Source of the DNA: Alphaproteobacteria bacterium
Lineage (GTDB): Bacteria > Pseudomonadota > Alphaproteobacteria > MPNO01
Assembly (NCBI GenBank): GCA_965248835.1
Contig: CBDFLJ010000001.1
Coordinates: forward strand, 1,920,001 to 1,984,000
Direction: 5' to 3'
DNA: 64,000 bases
The notes under the pieces were generated by a model. That model did no database searches and had not been told where the DNA came from. It was given only the letters and a program-made list of their open reading frames with translations. The translations under genes were made by a program, and so were the position numbers. This document shows, piece by piece, positions 45,382 through 56,633 of this stretch (the stretch's first letter is position 1; each line of letters starts with the position of its first letter).

Positions 45382-47265
45382 GTGAGCACCCCCCCGGAAT
45401 CCCCGATCGAGGAGTTCCGCCGCGTGACCGGCGCGGCGATGCGCGCGATCGCCGAGCGCGAAGACGTCACGGTCAATTTCGGTGCCGAGGCGCGGCTGGT
45501 CGACAACCAGGCGCGCCTTCCCGTGCCCTCGCGCGATCTGCCGGCCGAGGAGGTCGCCCGGCTGCGCGGCGAGGCCGATGCGATGGCGCTCAAGCTGCGC
45601 TACCACGACCCCGACGTGCACGCCGCAAGGGCGCCGGCGGGCGAGACCGCGCGGGCGGTCTTCGAGACGTTGGAACAGGCCCGCGTCGAGACCCTCGGCG
45701 CACGGCGCATGGCCGGTGTCGCGATGAACCTGGACGCGGCGCTTGCCGAGCGCTGCCAGACGCGCGGCTACGCCCGGGTCTCCGACCGCGAGGACGCCCC
45801 GATCGCGGAAGCCGTGGGTCTGTACGCGCGCGGGCAGTGGCGTGACAGCGCGACCCCCGATGCCGGCAAACCGCTGCTCGATCTGTGGCGCGAGGAACTC
45901 GACGAGCGCATCGCCGGCGACCTCGACGCGCTCGAGAACGCGCTCGGGGACCAGGAAGACTTCGCCAGGTCGGTCAACAGGCTGCTGGTCCATCTCGAGC
46001 TGCTCGACGAGGAGCCGGGCGAGGGCGAATCGACCGAACAGGGCGAGGACGCCGAGCAGTCCGAGGCCGACGACGAGAACGCCGAGTCGGCGGACATGGA
46101 AGGCGCCTCGGCCGAGATGGAGGGCACGCCGTCCTCGGAGATGGACGATGCCGACGGCGAGGACGACGACCAGGCGATGTCCGAGCAGGTCCAGGAGGAG
46201 ATGATGCCCGGCACCGGCGAGGAGGAGGGCGAGCGCTCCCACCGCCGGCGCGGCGACGGCTTCCTGCCCGACGAGGAGCGCCAGCCGGCCTACCGTCCCC
46301 ACACGGTCGAGTTCGACGAGGTCGTCGAGGCCGAGGAGCTGTGCGATTCCGACGAGCTCGCTCGGCTGCGCCAGCATCTCGACCAACAGCTCGCCCACCT
46401 GCAGGGCGTCATCGCCAAGCTCGCCAACCGGCTGCAGCGCCGGCTGCTCGCTCAGCAGTCGCGGTCATGGGAGTTCGACCTCGAGGAAGGGCTGCTCGAT
46501 GCCGGGCGGCTGGCCCGCGTGGTGATCAACCCAATGCATCCGCTGAGCTATAAGATCGAGAAGCAGACCGAATTCCGGGACACGGTGGTCACGTTGCTGA
46601 TCGACAACTCGGGCTCGATGCGCGGCCGGCCGATCACCGTGGCCGCGATGAGCGCGGACATCCTCGCGCGTACGCTGGAGCGCTGCGGGGTGAAGGTCGA
46701 GATCCTGGGCTTCACAACCAAGGCCTGGAAGGGCGGCCAGGCGCGCGAGAAGTGGCTCGCCGAGGGCAAGCCGCCCAACCCGGGCCGGCTCAACGATCTG
46801 CGCCATATCGTCTACAAATCCGCCGACGCGCCGTGGCGGCGCGCCCGCAAGTCGCTCGGCCTGATGCTGCGCGAGGGGCTGCTGAAGGAAAACATCGACG
46901 GCGAGGCGCTGATGTGGGCGCACCACCGCCTGATCGCGCGCGCCGAGCAGCGGCGGGTCCTGATGGTGATCTCCGACGGCGCGCCGGTCGATGATTCGAC
47001 CCTGTCGGTCAACCCCGGCAACTATCTCGAACGGCATCTGCGCGACGTGATCGAATGGATCGAGGCCCGCTCGCCGGTCGAGCTGACCGCCATCGGCATC
47101 GGCCATGACGTCACCCGTTACTACAAGCGCGCGGTCACGATCATGGATGCCGAACAGCTCGGCGGCACCATGATGGGCCGCCTGACGGAGCTGTTCGAAG
47201 AGGATCAGGGCCCGCCATCCAGCCGCATGGTCCGCGCGGCCAGGAGAGCGCGCGTCAACGCCTGA
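45382..47265 (+). CDS. cobT: cobaltochelatase subunit CobT
   Basis: RGEADAMAL, acidic linker, [13 protein letters not shown], v[34 protein letters not shown]. Confidence 0.97.
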   Translation: MSTPPESPIEEFRRVTGAAMRAIAEREDVTVNFGAEARLVDNQARLPVPSRDLPAEEVARLRGEADAMALKLRYHDPDVHAARAPAGETARAVFETLEQARVETLGARRMAGVAMNLDAALAERCQTRGYARVSDREDAPIAEAVGLYARGQWRDSATPDAGKPLLDLWREELDERIAGDLDALENALGDQEDFARSVNRLLVHLELLDEEPGEGESTEQGEDAEQSEADDENAESADMEGASAEMEGTPSSEMDDADGEDDDQAMSEQVQEEMMPGTGEEEGERSHRRRGDGFLPDEERQPAYRPHTVEFDEVVEAEELCDSDELARLRQHLDQQLAHLQGVIAKLANRLQRRLLAQQSRSWEFDLEEGLLDAGRLARVVINPMHPLSYKIEKQTEFRDTVVTLLIDNSGSMRGRPITVAAMSADILARTLERCGVKVEILGFTTKAWKGGQAREKWLAEGKPPNPGRLNDLRHIVYKSADAPWRRARKSLGLMLREGLLKENIDGEALMWAHHRLIARAEQRRVLMVISDGAPVDDSTLSVNPGNYLERHLRDVIEWIEARSPVELTAIGIGHDVTRYYKRAVTIMDAEQLGGTMMGRLTELFEEDQGPPSSRMVRAARRARVNA

Positions 47266-47297
47266 GGTCCAGGCCCGTCCTCCCTTGCGGGTTCGGT

Positions 47298-48983
47298 TCA
47301 GGGTCCCGGAATGCGGGGCATCAACAGATATGAGCCGTGCGCACCACCGGTCAGGATGGTGTTGGTGCCGCCGAACTCTCCGGCCGGACGGTCCTGCGGA
47401 TGGGTGTGGAGCATCCTTCCGGGAACGCCCGGGAATTCGAAGTCGCGGCCCTGGAGGGTGAGCATCAGGCGATAGCCGCTGGGAAAGACGATGCTGGTCG
47501 GCCAGATCTCGACCTCGACTTCATAGACCGCGCCAGGCTCGAGTTTCTCGATTTCCGTATGCCGGTGGTAGGGGCGATAGGGCCGCGACATCGCCGGATC
47601 CAGCTTTCGGTGGGACGCCCGCAGCCAACCGCGCGAGACCGGGACCGGCTCGCTGGCGCCGACGAAGACGATATTCCGGCCCGCCGGGTCTATGGCCCGC
47701 AGCGTGGCGAAGATATCCATGCCCGAGGTGCTCGACGAGATCCACAGCCGGGTCATGACAGGGCCGGTGAACTCGGTCTCGGCCTCGAACGGCGCGGTCG
47801 CGAAGTCGGCGCCGGGCCCGTCGGCCTCGTAGTCGGCACGGCCGGGCGCTTCGGGCCGGGCCGCGGCGAGCCGGCCCTCGGCGGCGCACAGGTAAAGCTT
47901 CGTCCATTGCGTGCGCGCCAGCGGCCATTCGTTCTCGGCCCGCACGGCCGCGCCGTCGGTGCGGCGGATGGCGAGCCGCACCCTGGGCTCGTTCTCCCAG
48001 CCGTTGTCGACCCCCTTGAGGAACCGGTCGAGGAACTTGCGCTGGCGCGCGATGCCGTCGGGCGCATAGAAGCTCTCGAAATGGGTGCCGATGTGGATCG
48101 ACAGCCATTTCCGCGCCGAGCCGGCGCGCAGATATCCTTCGATGTTGCCGCGCAGGTGCAGGCCGAGCCCGCCCCAGTTGCCGGCCGAGAACAGAGGCAC
48201 CTCGATCCGCCCGAGATCGGGCGTGCGTGCGCCGTACCAGGCATCGTCGAGCGGATGGTCCAACAAGTCCTCGTGATGGGCCGCGCGGTTGCCCTGGAGC
48301 ATCGCAGGCGGCAGCGCCGGGCCGGTCGTGCGCTCGCCGGTCTCCCTGTCGCGGTGCGGGGTCTCGGCGTTGCCGTGCTGGGTGACCAGCACCTGGCGCG
48401 GGATCCACGCGGTCGGAAAGGTGTTGCCGAAGATGCCGCCCTGATGGCTCCACTCGCGGTAGATGTCCGAGGCGCCTTCCCAGGGAACGATGGCCGCAAG
48501 ATGCGGCGGCCTGAGCGCGGCGACCTGCCATTGCTTGATGGCGAGGTAGGAGATCCCGATCAGCCCGACCTTGCCGTTCGACCACGACCGGGCGGCCGCC
48601 CATTCGATGGCGTCATAGAAATCCTGGGTCTCGCGCGGCGAGAATGGATCGAGATAGCCCGGCGATTGTCCGCTGCCGCGCCCATCGACGGTGATCACCG
48701 CGTAGCCGTGGGGCACCCAGCGCTCGGGATCCACGGTCTCCCAGCGCAGGTAGCGCCCGCTCGATCCGTCGGTGTCGATCTCCGGGTTGAGCGCCTTCAG
48801 GACCGTCCATTGGGCCTCGTAGGCATCGGCGAAATGGACATCCTTGCCGTAGATCCCCAGCGCCATGATCACCGGATGGCGGCCCTCGCCCGGCGGCCGG
48901 AAGAGGTTGGCGCGCAGCACAGTGCCGTCGCCGACCGGGACGGCGATGTTGCGCTCCACGATCATCGACGGCGCCCGGTTCAT
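47298..48983 (-). CDS. CocE/NonD family serine hydrolase
   Basis: LRANLFRP, YGKD, WETVDPERWV, WSNGKVGLIGISY, PWEG, LHLRGN, GWLRASHR; ATGA overlap with the upstream gene's stop. Confidence 0.9.
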   Translation of the reverse strand: MNRAPSMIVERNIAVPVGDGTVLRANLFRPPGEGRHPVIMALGIYGKDVHFADAYEAQWTVLKALNPEIDTDGSSGRYLRWETVDPERWVPHGYAVITVDGRGSGQSPGYLDPFSPRETQDFYDAIEWAAARSWSNGKVGLIGISYLAIKQWQVAALRPPHLAAIVPWEGASDIYREWSHQGGIFGNTFPTAWIPRQVLVTQHGNAETPHRDRETGERTTGPALPPAMLQGNRAAHHEDLLDHPLDDAWYGARTPDLGRIEVPLFSAGNWGGLGLHLRGNIEGYLRAGSARKWLSIHIGTHFESFYAPDGIARQRKFLDRFLKGVDNGWENEPRVRLAIRRTDGAAVRAENEWPLARTQWTKLYLCAAEGRLAAARPEAPGRADYEADGPGADFATAPFEAETEFTGPVMTRLWISSSTSGMDIFATLRAIDPAGRNIVFVGASEPVPVSRGWLRASHRKLDPAMSRPYRPYHRHTEIEKLEPGAVYEVEVEIWPTSIVFPSGYRLMLTLQGRDFEFPGVPGRMLHTHPQDRPAGEFGGTNTILTGGAHGSYLLMPRIPGP

Positions 48984-50306
48984 GCGTTGAGGTTTTCCCG
49001 GAGCGTCGGGCCGGCATAGGCCGTCTTCGACAGGCCGCGGCGCTGCAGCTCGGGCACGACATGATCGACGAACTCGGCGATGTTGCCGGTCGAGAAACCC
49101 CTTCCCGAGGATGAACCCGCCATTGGCGCCGGTCTCGAAGTGCAGCGCCTCCAGCCGGTCTGCGATGGTCTTCGGCGTGCCGGCGGCGACAAGGATGCGG
49201 TCGGTGAGGAAACGGCGGCCGAACGCCTCCACCGTCTGATCCGGATCAACGGTCTTGAGCAGCTCGGCGAAGCTGCCGAGGTTACCCTTTTGCGCGGCCA
49301 CCTCTTCCGCGAAATCGGACAGGCGCATGTCCGGTCGCGCCTTGGAGAAATCGACGCCGTACTGCGCGCTCATCTCCAACAGGCCGGCCTGGGGCGGTAT
49401 CGCTTCGAGGTAGCGGCGCTCCATCTCCTGTGCGGCGGCATCGGAGTCCGCGACCTGGATACGGATCGACCACAGGATCCCGACATCGCGCGGCACCCGA
49501 CCGACCGCGGCGAGCTTGGCATCGAGCGCGGCGCGGTGCTCCTTCATGCTGGCCAGCGTGCGCCGCGTGCTGAACTGGAGATCGGCGTAGGTTGCGGCGA
49601 GCGTCATGCCGGGCTCCGATAGACCGGCCTGGATGATAACCGGCCGGCCCTGCGGCGAGGGCAGCACCGGAAGCGGCCCGCGGCAATCGAACCAGCGGCC
49701 GTGGAAGTCGAGCCGGTGCACCTTTTCGGGATCGGCGAAGATGCCGTGCTCGCGGTCGAAGACCAGCACGTCCGGCTCGACGCTGTCCCACAGCGCGCAG
49801 GCGACCTGCAGGAATTCATGAGCGCGGTCGTAGCGCTCGTCGTGTTCCATCATCTCCTCGAAGCCGTAGTTCGCGGCCTCGTTCTTGTAGGCAGACGTGA
49901 CCGCGTTCCAGGCGATCCGCCCGTTGGTGACGTGGTCGAGTGCGTTGAACAGCCGCGCGCAATAGAACGGCAGGTGATAAGTCGTCGACATGGTCAGCGC
50001 GAAGCCGACGCCCGATGCGGCCCGAGCCATCAGCGGGATCATCGGCGTCATGTCGTGCTTCGGCCACTTGGCGCCCAAGCGCACCACCGCATGGTGGTTG
50101 CCGCCGAAATCATCCGGCGTGCCGCCCGAATCGCCGAAGAACAACATGTCCATGACGCCGCGCCGGGCGGTGCGCGCGATGTCCTCGTAGAACTCCGCGG
50201 TGCCGTAATACGGATAGCCGACCCAGGAGCCCGGCAGCCGCCAGAGATAGTCCGTGTGCAGAAAGGACAGATCGGCGGCGAGGTGGATCGTGTCGGATTC
50301 GGACAC
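48980..50306 (-). pseudogene. NtaA/SoxA/DmoA family FMNH2-dependent monooxygenase with a frameshift near 49090-49108
   Basis: DMLFFGD, TMSTTY..PF..AR.F..LDHVTNGRIAWNAVTS, HDERYDRA, SPQGRPVIIQAG; the true C-terminus FVDHVVPELQRRGL..Y.GPTLRENL is in another frame. Confidence 0.85.
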
Positions 50307-50407
50307 CCTTGCCCCTCCCAACGTGCGCGAAGCGCCGTGGTCCGACCTTATCCGGGCCTGGCGCCGGTTGCGAGTGTCGGGTCGGGGCGTCGGCCGGGGT
50401 AGATCCT

Positions 50408-52405
50408 CTATGGATCGGCCGGGGTGAAGTCGACCAGGACGGCTCCCTCCTCGACCGCTTCGCCGGGGCTGAACAGGACCGCCTCGATGCGGCCGGCGGC
50501 GGGAGCGCGGATCGTGTGCTCGACCTTCATCGCCTCGATGACCATAAGCGTCGCGCCTGACTCGACATCGGTTCCGGGCGCGACCTCGACGGCGACGACG
50601 ACGCCGGGCATCGGCGCGGTGGGCACGCCGGTCGCGCCGGCCGCCGCCTCGGCCTCGGCCTCGCGCAGCGGATCGTAGGCGGACAACCGCCATGTGCGGT
50701 CGACGGTGAAGACCGTCGTCGCGGTGCCGGTGCGGACGACGGTTTCCTGGACCGCGGCCCCGTCGATCTCCGCATCGATGGTCGTCGCATTCATGCGCAC
50801 ACCGTTGACCACGCGCTCGCCGCCGGGCAGGCCGAAGCGGTCGCCGCGAACCGGCACGGTATGGATCGCATTGCCGAGCCGGAACGCGACCGCTTCGCCG
50901 GCCGGCGCGTTGAGCCGCCAGCCGCCCGCTGCGGCCCAGGGCGAATACGGATCGCCGCCGCCATGTGCCCGGGCTTCCGCCCTCGCCCGCCTGTCGAACC
51001 GCTCGGCGATGACGGCCAGCGCCAGGACCGCGTCCGGCGGCGCGGCCGGGATTGCGGTCAGCTCGTCCATCTTGCGGTCGACAAAGCCGGTATCGACGCC
51101 GCCGTCGACGAATTCTTCCTGGGCGAGGACGCGGATCAGGAAGTCCCGGTTGGTCACCGGTCCGGCGATGTTCACCCCGGCCAGCGCATCGGCCAGCCGG
51201 GCGCGCGCGTCAGCACGGGTCTCGCCCCAGGCGATGATTTTGGCGATCATCGGATCGTAATGCGGGGTGATCTCCTCGCCGGCTGCGGTCCCGCTATCGA
51301 TGCGCAGCATCGGGCCGGCCCCGGGCATGGCGAAATGCGCGACCACCCCGGTCGAGGGCAGGAAACCGGAAGCCGGGTCCTCGGCGTAGAGCCGCGCCTC
51401 GATCGCGTGGCCGTTCACGGCGAGGTCGGCCTGGCCTGCCGGCAGAGCCTCGCCGGCCGCGACCCGAAGCTGCCATTCGACCAGGTCCTGGCCGGTGATC
51501 ATCTCGGTCACCGGATGCTCGACCTGCAGGCGGGTGTTCATCTCGATGAAATAGACCCCGCCCGAGCCGTCCACCAGGAACTCGACGGTGCCGGCGCCGA
51601 CATAGCCGACCGCCCTGGCCGCTTGGAGCGCGGCCGCGCCGAGCGCGCTTCGCGTTTCCGGGTCCAGACCCGGGGCGGGCGCTTCCTCAATCACCTTCTG
51701 GTGGCGCCGCTGGACCGAGCAGTCGCGCTCGAACAGATGGACCGCGTTGCCGTGCGTGTCGGCGAAGACCTGGACTTCGATATGACGCGGCCCGGCGAGG
51801 TAGCGCTCCAGCAGCAGCCGGTCGTCCGCAAACGAGGACGCCGCCTCGCGCCTGGCGGACTCGAGCGCGAAGGCAAGCTCTTCGGGGCTCTGGACGACCC
51901 GCATCCCTCGCCCGCCGCCGCCGCCGGACGGCTTGACCAGGAGCGGATAGCCGATCCGGCCGGCCTGCGCGGCCAGTGTCGCGTCGTCCTGGGCGCTTCC
52001 GTGATAGCCCTCCAGGATCGCTAGGCCGGCGTCCGCCATCAATGCCTTGGCTGCGCTCTTGGAGCCCATCGCGCGGATCGCCGCGGGCGGGGCGCCGATG
52101 AACGCGAAACCGGCTGCAATGCAAGCCTCGGCGAAGTCGGGGTTCTCCGACAGGAAGCCGTAGCCCGGATGGATCGCCTCGGCTCCAGCCCTTCGGGCCG
52201 CCTCGAGCACCGCCCCGGCATCGAGATAGCTATGCCGCGCCGGCGCCGGGCCGATCGCTAGCGCGACATCGGCCTGGCGGACGTGCAGGGCCTGCGCATC
52301 GGCCTGCGAGTACACCGCAGCGGTGCGTATTCCGAGCCGCCGGCAGGTCGCGATGATACGGCAGGCGATCTCGCCGCGATTGGCGATCAGCACGGTTTCG
52401 AACAT
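50408..52405 (-). CDS. liuD: 3-methylcrotonyl-CoA carboxylase alpha (biotin carboxylase + BCCP)
   Basis: VLIANRGEIA, HPGYGFLSEN, GGGGRGMR, ERDCSVQRRHQK, EMNTRLQVEHPVTE, biotin site EAMKVE. Confidence 0.92.
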   Translation of the reverse strand: MFETVLIANRGEIACRIIATCRRLGIRTAAVYSQADAQALHVRQADVALAIGPAPARHSYLDAGAVLEAARRAGAEAIHPGYGFLSENPDFAEACIAAGFAFIGAPPAAIRAMGSKSAAKALMADAGLAILEGYHGSAQDDATLAAQAGRIGYPLLVKPSGGGGGRGMRVVQSPEELAFALESARREAASSFADDRLLLERYLAGPRHIEVQVFADTHGNAVHLFERDCSVQRRHQKVIEEAPAPGLDPETRSALGAAALQAARAVGYVGAGTVEFLVDGSGGVYFIEMNTRLQVEHPVTEMITGQDLVEWQLRVAAGEALPAGQADLAVNGHAIEARLYAEDPASGFLPSTGVVAHFAMPGAGPMLRIDSGTAAGEEITPHYDPMIAKIIAWGETRADARARLADALAGVNIAGPVTNRDFLIRVLAQEEFVDGGVDTGFVDRKMDELTAIPAAPPDAVLALAVIAERFDRRARAEARAHGGGDPYSPWAAAGGWRLNAPAGEAVAFRLGNAIHTVPVRGDRFGLPGGERVVNGVRMNATTIDAEIDGAAVQETVVRTGTATTVFTVDRTWRLSAYDPLREAEAEAAAGATGVPTAPMPGVVVAVEVAPGTDVESGATLMVIEAMKVEHTIRAPAAGRIEAVLFSPGEAVEEGAVLVDFTPADP

Positions 52406-52410
52406 CGCGC

Positions 52411-54018
52411 TCACATGCGGAAGACGCCGAACCGGGTCGGCGGGATCGGCGCATTGAGCGCGGCCGACAGGCAGAGCCCCAGGACCGTCCGGGTCTCGAC
52501 CGGCTCGATGATGCCGTCGTCCCACAGCCGGGCGCTGGCATGGAAGGGGTGGCCTTGCGCCTCGTATTGCGTGCGAATCGGGGCCTTGAAGGCCTCTTCC
52601 TCCGCCTCCGACCAGGTTCCGCCGCGCGCTTGGATGCCATCGCGGCGAATCTGGCCGAGGACGTTGGCGGCCTGGTCGCCGCCCATCACCGAGATGCGGG
52701 CGTTGGGCCACATGAACAGGAACCGCGGGCCGTAGGCGCGCCCGCACATGCCGTAATTGCCCGCCCCGAAACTGCCGCCGATGATGACGGTGAATTTCGG
52801 GACTTGGGCGCAGGCCACGGCGGTGACCAGCTTGGCGCCGTCCTTGGCAATGCCGCCGGCCTCGTACTTCCGCCCGACCATGAAGCCGGTGATGTTCTGC
52901 AGAAAGACCAGCGGGATGCCGCGCTGGCAGCACAGCTCGATGAAATGCGCGCCCTTCAGCGCGGATTCGGAAAACAGAATACCGTTGTTGGCCAGGACCC
53001 CTACCGGATAGCCCATGATGTGGGCGAAGCCGCAGACCAGGGTGGTGCCGTAAAGCGCCTTGAACTCCTCGAAGGCGCTGGCATCGACGATGCGCGCGAT
53101 GACCTCGCGCACATCGTAGGGCTTGCGAAAGTCCGCCGGTACGATGCCGTCGAGCGCGGCTGGGTCGTAGGCCGGCGAGACCGGCTCCCGCATCGCCAGC
53201 CGGGCGGGTTTCTTGCGGTTGAGCATCGCGACCGCATGTCGGACGATCGACAGCGCATGCGCGTCATTCTCCGCGTAGTGATCGGCGACGCCCGAGACCC
53301 TTGCGTGGACATCCGCGCCGCCCAGATCCTCGGCGCTCACCTCCTCGCCGGTCGCCGCTTTGACCAGCGGCGGACCACCCAGGAAGATCGTGCCCTGGCC
53401 GCGCACGATCACCGATTCGTCGGACATCGCCGGCACGTAGGCGCCGCCGGCGGTGCACGAGCCCATGACGGCTGCGATTTGCGGGATGCCGGCCGCCGAG
53501 AGGTTGGCCTGGTTGAAGAAGATCCGGCCGAAATGGTCGCGGTCGGGAAAGACCTCGTCCTGGCGCGGCAGGTTGGCACCGCCGGAATCGACCAGATAGA
53601 TGCAGGGCAGGTTGTTCTGGGCGGCGATTTCCTGGGCCCGGACGTGCTTCTTGACCGTCAGCGGGTAGTAGCTGCCGCCCTTGACGGTGGCGTCGTTGGC
53701 GATGATCAGGCACTCGGTCGCTTCGACCGGGCCGATGCCGGTGATGATGCCTGCCGCCGGCACATCCTCGTCATAGACCCCGCGGGCGGCGAGCTGAGAC
53801 AGCTCCAGGAACGGCGCGCCGGGATCGATCAGCCGGTCGATGCGCTCGCGCGGCAGCATCTTGCCGCGCCCGGTATGCCGCTCACGCGCCTCCGCTCCGC
53901 CGCCGAGCGCCGTCCCCGCCACCGCATCGCGCAGCGCCCGGACCGAATCGGCCATGGCCGCTTGGTTGGCGCGGAACGCCTCGGAACCGGTGTCGATGGC
54001 GGTCTTGAGGACCGGCAT
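52411..54018 (-). CDS. liuB: 3-methylcrotonyl-CoA carboxylase beta (carboxyltransferase)
   Basis: [63 protein letters not shown]. Confidence 0.95.
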   Translation of the reverse strand: MPVLKTAIDTGSEAFRANQAAMADSVRALRDAVAGTALGGGAEARERHTGRGKMLPRERIDRLIDPGAPFLELSQLAARGVYDEDVPAAGIITGIGPVEATECLIIANDATVKGGSYYPLTVKKHVRAQEIAAQNNLPCIYLVDSGGANLPRQDEVFPDRDHFGRIFFNQANLSAAGIPQIAAVMGSCTAGGAYVPAMSDESVIVRGQGTIFLGGPPLVKAATGEEVSAEDLGGADVHARVSGVADHYAENDAHALSIVRHAVAMLNRKKPARLAMREPVSPAYDPAALDGIVPADFRKPYDVREVIARIVDASAFEEFKALYGTTLVCGFAHIMGYPVGVLANNGILFSESALKGAHFIELCCQRGIPLVFLQNITGFMVGRKYEAGGIAKDGAKLVTAVACAQVPKFTVIIGGSFGAGNYGMCGRAYGPRFLFMWPNARISVMGGDQAANVLGQIRRDGIQARGGTWSEAEEEAFKAPIRTQYEAQGHPFHASARLWDDGIIEPVETRTVLGLCLSAALNAPIPPTRFGVFRM

Positions 54019-54020
54019 GC

Positions 54021-55193
54021 TCAGGCCGTTTCGCGGAACAGCTCCCGGCCGATCAGCACGCGGCGGATCTCGCTGGTGCCGGCGCCGATCTCGTAGAGCT
54101 TGGCATCGCGCAGCAGGCGGCCCGTCGGGTAATCGTTGACGTAGCCGTTGCCGCCGAGGATCTGGATCGCATCGAGCGCCAGCGCGGTCGCCCGCTCGGC
54201 CGAATAGAGGATCGCGCCGGCGGCGTCCTTGCGGGTGGTCCGGCCGCGGTCGCACGCCTTGCCGACGGCATAGACGTAAGCGCGCGCGGCGTTGGTCAGC
54301 GTGTACATATCGGCGAGCTTGCCCTGGATGAGCTGGAATGCGCCGATCGGCTGGCCGAACTGCTCGCGTTCGTGGACATAGGGCATGACCACGTCGAGAC
54401 AGGCCTGCATGATGCCCAGCGGTCCGCCGGCGAGCACCGCGCGCTCGTAATCGAGTCCGCTCATCAGGACGTTGACGCCGCCGCCGACCGTGCCGAGCAC
54501 GTTCTCGGCCGGCACCTCGCAGTCCTCGAAGATCAGCTCGCAGGTGTTCGAACCCCGCATGCCGAGCTTGTCGAGCTTCTGGGCCGTCGCAAAGCCCTTC
54601 ATGCCCTTCTCGATCAGGAAGGCGGTGATGCCGTGCGGGCCGGCGCCCGGATCGGTCTTTGCATAGACCACCAGCGTGTCGGCATCCGGCCCGTTGGTGA
54701 TCCACATCTTGGTGCCGTTGAGCACGTAGCGGTCGGCCTTGCGGTCGGCCCTGGTGCGCATCGAAACCACGTCGGAGCCCGCGCCCGGCTCGCTCATCGC
54801 CAGCGCGCCCACATGCTCGCCGGAGATCAGCTTGGGCAGATAGCGGCGCTTCTGGTCTTCGGACCCGTTGCGGCGGATCTGGTTGACGCAGAGGTTCGAA
54901 TGCGCGCCGTAGGACAGTCCGACCGAGGCCGAGCCGCGGCTGACCTCCTCCATGGCGACGATATGCTCGAGATAGCCCATGCCGGCGCCGCCATATTCCT
55001 GCTCGACGGTAACGCCCAACAGGCCGAGATCCCCCATCTTGCGCCACAAATCCGCGGGGAAGTCGTTGTCGCGGTCGATATCGGCCGCGCGCGGGGCGAT
55101 CTCGGCCGCGGCGAAGCCGGCGACGCTTTCGCGCAGCAATTCGGCGGTCTCGCCAAGGTCGAAATCGAGCGCGGGATAGGCGTTGGGAAGCAT
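54021..55193 (-). CDS. liuA: isovaleryl-CoA dehydrogenase
   Basis: [61 protein letters not shown]. Confidence 0.96.
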   Translation of the reverse strand: MLPNAYPALDFDLGETAELLRESVAGFAAAEIAPRAADIDRDNDFPADLWRKMGDLGLLGVTVEQEYGGAGMGYLEHIVAMEEVSRGSASVGLSYGAHSNLCVNQIRRNGSEDQKRRYLPKLISGEHVGALAMSEPGAGSDVVSMRTRADRKADRYVLNGTKMWITNGPDADTLVVYAKTDPGAGPHGITAFLIEKGMKGFATAQKLDKLGMRGSNTCELIFEDCEVPAENVLGTVGGGVNVLMSGLDYERAVLAGGPLGIMQACLDVVMPYVHEREQFGQPIGAFQLIQGKLADMYTLTNAARAYVYAVGKACDRGRTTRKDAAGAILYSAERATALALDAIQILGGNGYVNDYPTGRLLRDAKLYEIGAGTSEIRRVLIGRELFRETA

Positions 55194-55322
55194 GGCCGAT
55201 GCCTGCCTGGGGGGAAGGGCGCGCACCCTATCAGAATTTCGATCATCGAGGCATTAACCGATTGCCCTGCCGATCGCCGATGCCATAGCGTGGTCCCCGG
55301 CACAATTGCGGGACGAGAGGCG

Positions 55323-56633
55323 ATGGCGGAAAGCAACGGCGAACCGGTCGAGCAGGAGCTCGTCGATGTCGCGCGGCGCGTCCTTCCGGGCGGCGGGTTC
55401 GGCAATGTCTCGCACGAAATCGTCATCGCCGAGGGCCGCGCCGGGCGGGTGTGGGATGTCGCGGGTCGGGAATATGTCGACTATCTGATGGGCTCGGGCC
55501 CGATGATCCTCGGCCACGGCCACCCGGAGGTGCTCGATGTCGTCGGCGAGACGGTGGCCAAGGGGACGACCTTCTTCGCCAACAATGCCGACGGCATCCG
55601 CCTTGCCGCGGACATCGTCGATGCGGTGGCGTGCGCCGAGCAGGTGCGCTTCGTCAGCACCGGCTCGGAGGCCGACCTCTACGCCATGCGCCTGGCGCGC
55701 GCCCACACCGGACGGGACAAGATCCTGAAGTTCGAGGGCGGCTATCACGGCATGAGCGACTACGGGCTGATGAGCCTCTCGCCGGGACGGGCCGGCAACT
55801 TTCCGCGCCCGGTCCCCGATTCGGCCGGGATTCCCGCATGCGTCCAGGAGCTGATGCTGGTAGCGCCGTTCAACGACCTGGAGACCGCAGCCAGCCTGGT
55901 CCGCGAGTACAAGGACGACGTCGCCGCGATCATCCTCGAGCCGTTCCAGCGCCTGGTCCCGCCTGTGCCCGGCTTCCTTGAAGGCCTGCGCACCCTCGCC
56001 TCGGAGAACGGCGTGCTGCTGATCTTCGATGAGGTCGTCACCGGCTTCCGCTTCGCCTATGGCGGTGCCCAGGCCTATTACGGCGTCACGCCCGACATCT
56101 GCACGCTGGGCAAGGCGATCGGCGGCGGCTTCCCGCTGGCCGCGATCGCCGGTCCGACGGCGATCATGGCCCATTTCGACAAGTCCGCGGCGGCCGAGGA
56201 CGGCTTCATGATGCAGGTCGGCACGCTGTCGGGAAACCCGGTCGCCGCGGCGGCGGGGCGCAAGACCCTGGAAATCCTGCGGCGGCCCGGCACCTACGAG
56301 CGGATCTTCGCCACCGGCCGCGCGCTGATGGACGGGTTTGCGGACATCCTGGCCGCGGAGCGGGTCGACGCCCGCGTCGTCGGCGCCGAGCCGATGTTCG
56401 ATATCGTCTTCACCGACCGGCCGGTGCGCGATTACCGCACTGCGCGCAGCGACCCGCTTACGCTGCGGCGCTACAACGCGCTGATGCGCGAGCGCGGCAT
56501 CCTGAAGGGCGAGAACAAGTTCTACATCTCCGCCGCTCACACCGATGAGGACGTGCGCCTCACGCTCGAAGCCTTCGCCGAGACCATCGCGCTGCTAGCG
56601 CCTTCGGTCAGCCCCCGGATGCGCGGTGGATGA
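55323..56633 (+). CDS. class III aminotransferase (glutamate-1-semialdehyde aminomutase-like)
   Basis: GPMILGH, STGSEA, KFEGGYHG, FDEVVTGFR, PLP Lys in LGKAIGGG, GTLSGNP. Confidence 0.9.
   Translation: MAESNGEPVEQELVDVARRVLPGGGFGNVSHEIVIAEGRAGRVWDVAGREYVDYLMGSGPMILGHGHPEVLDVVGETVAKGTTFFANNADGIRLAADIVDAVACAEQVRFVSTGSEADLYAMRLARAHTGRDKILKFEGGYHGMSDYGLMSLSPGRAGNFPRPVPDSAGIPACVQELMLVAPFNDLETAASLVREYKDDVAAIILEPFQRLVPPVPGFLEGLRTLASENGVLLIFDEVVTGFRFAYGGAQAYYGVTPDICTLGKAIGGGFPLAAIAGPTAIMAHFDKSAAAEDGFMMQVGTLSGNPVAAAAGRKTLEILRRPGTYERIFATGRALMDGFADILAAERVDARVVGAEPMFDIVFTDRPVRDYRTARSDPLTLRRYNALMRERGILKGENKFYISAAHTDEDVRLTLEAFAETIALLAPSVSPRMRGG

Noticed and set aside
46000-46280. Highly acidic low-complexity stretch
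   Set aside because: Normal CobT acidic linker.
43409-47265. cobST without cobN, next to dnaJ-like and bolA
   Set aside because: Well-known conserved alphaproteobacterial arrangement.
54372-55322. N-terminal extension of the aminotransferase (753-aa ORF)
   Set aside because: Antisense to liuA; the real start is ATG 55323 with RBS GAGAGG.
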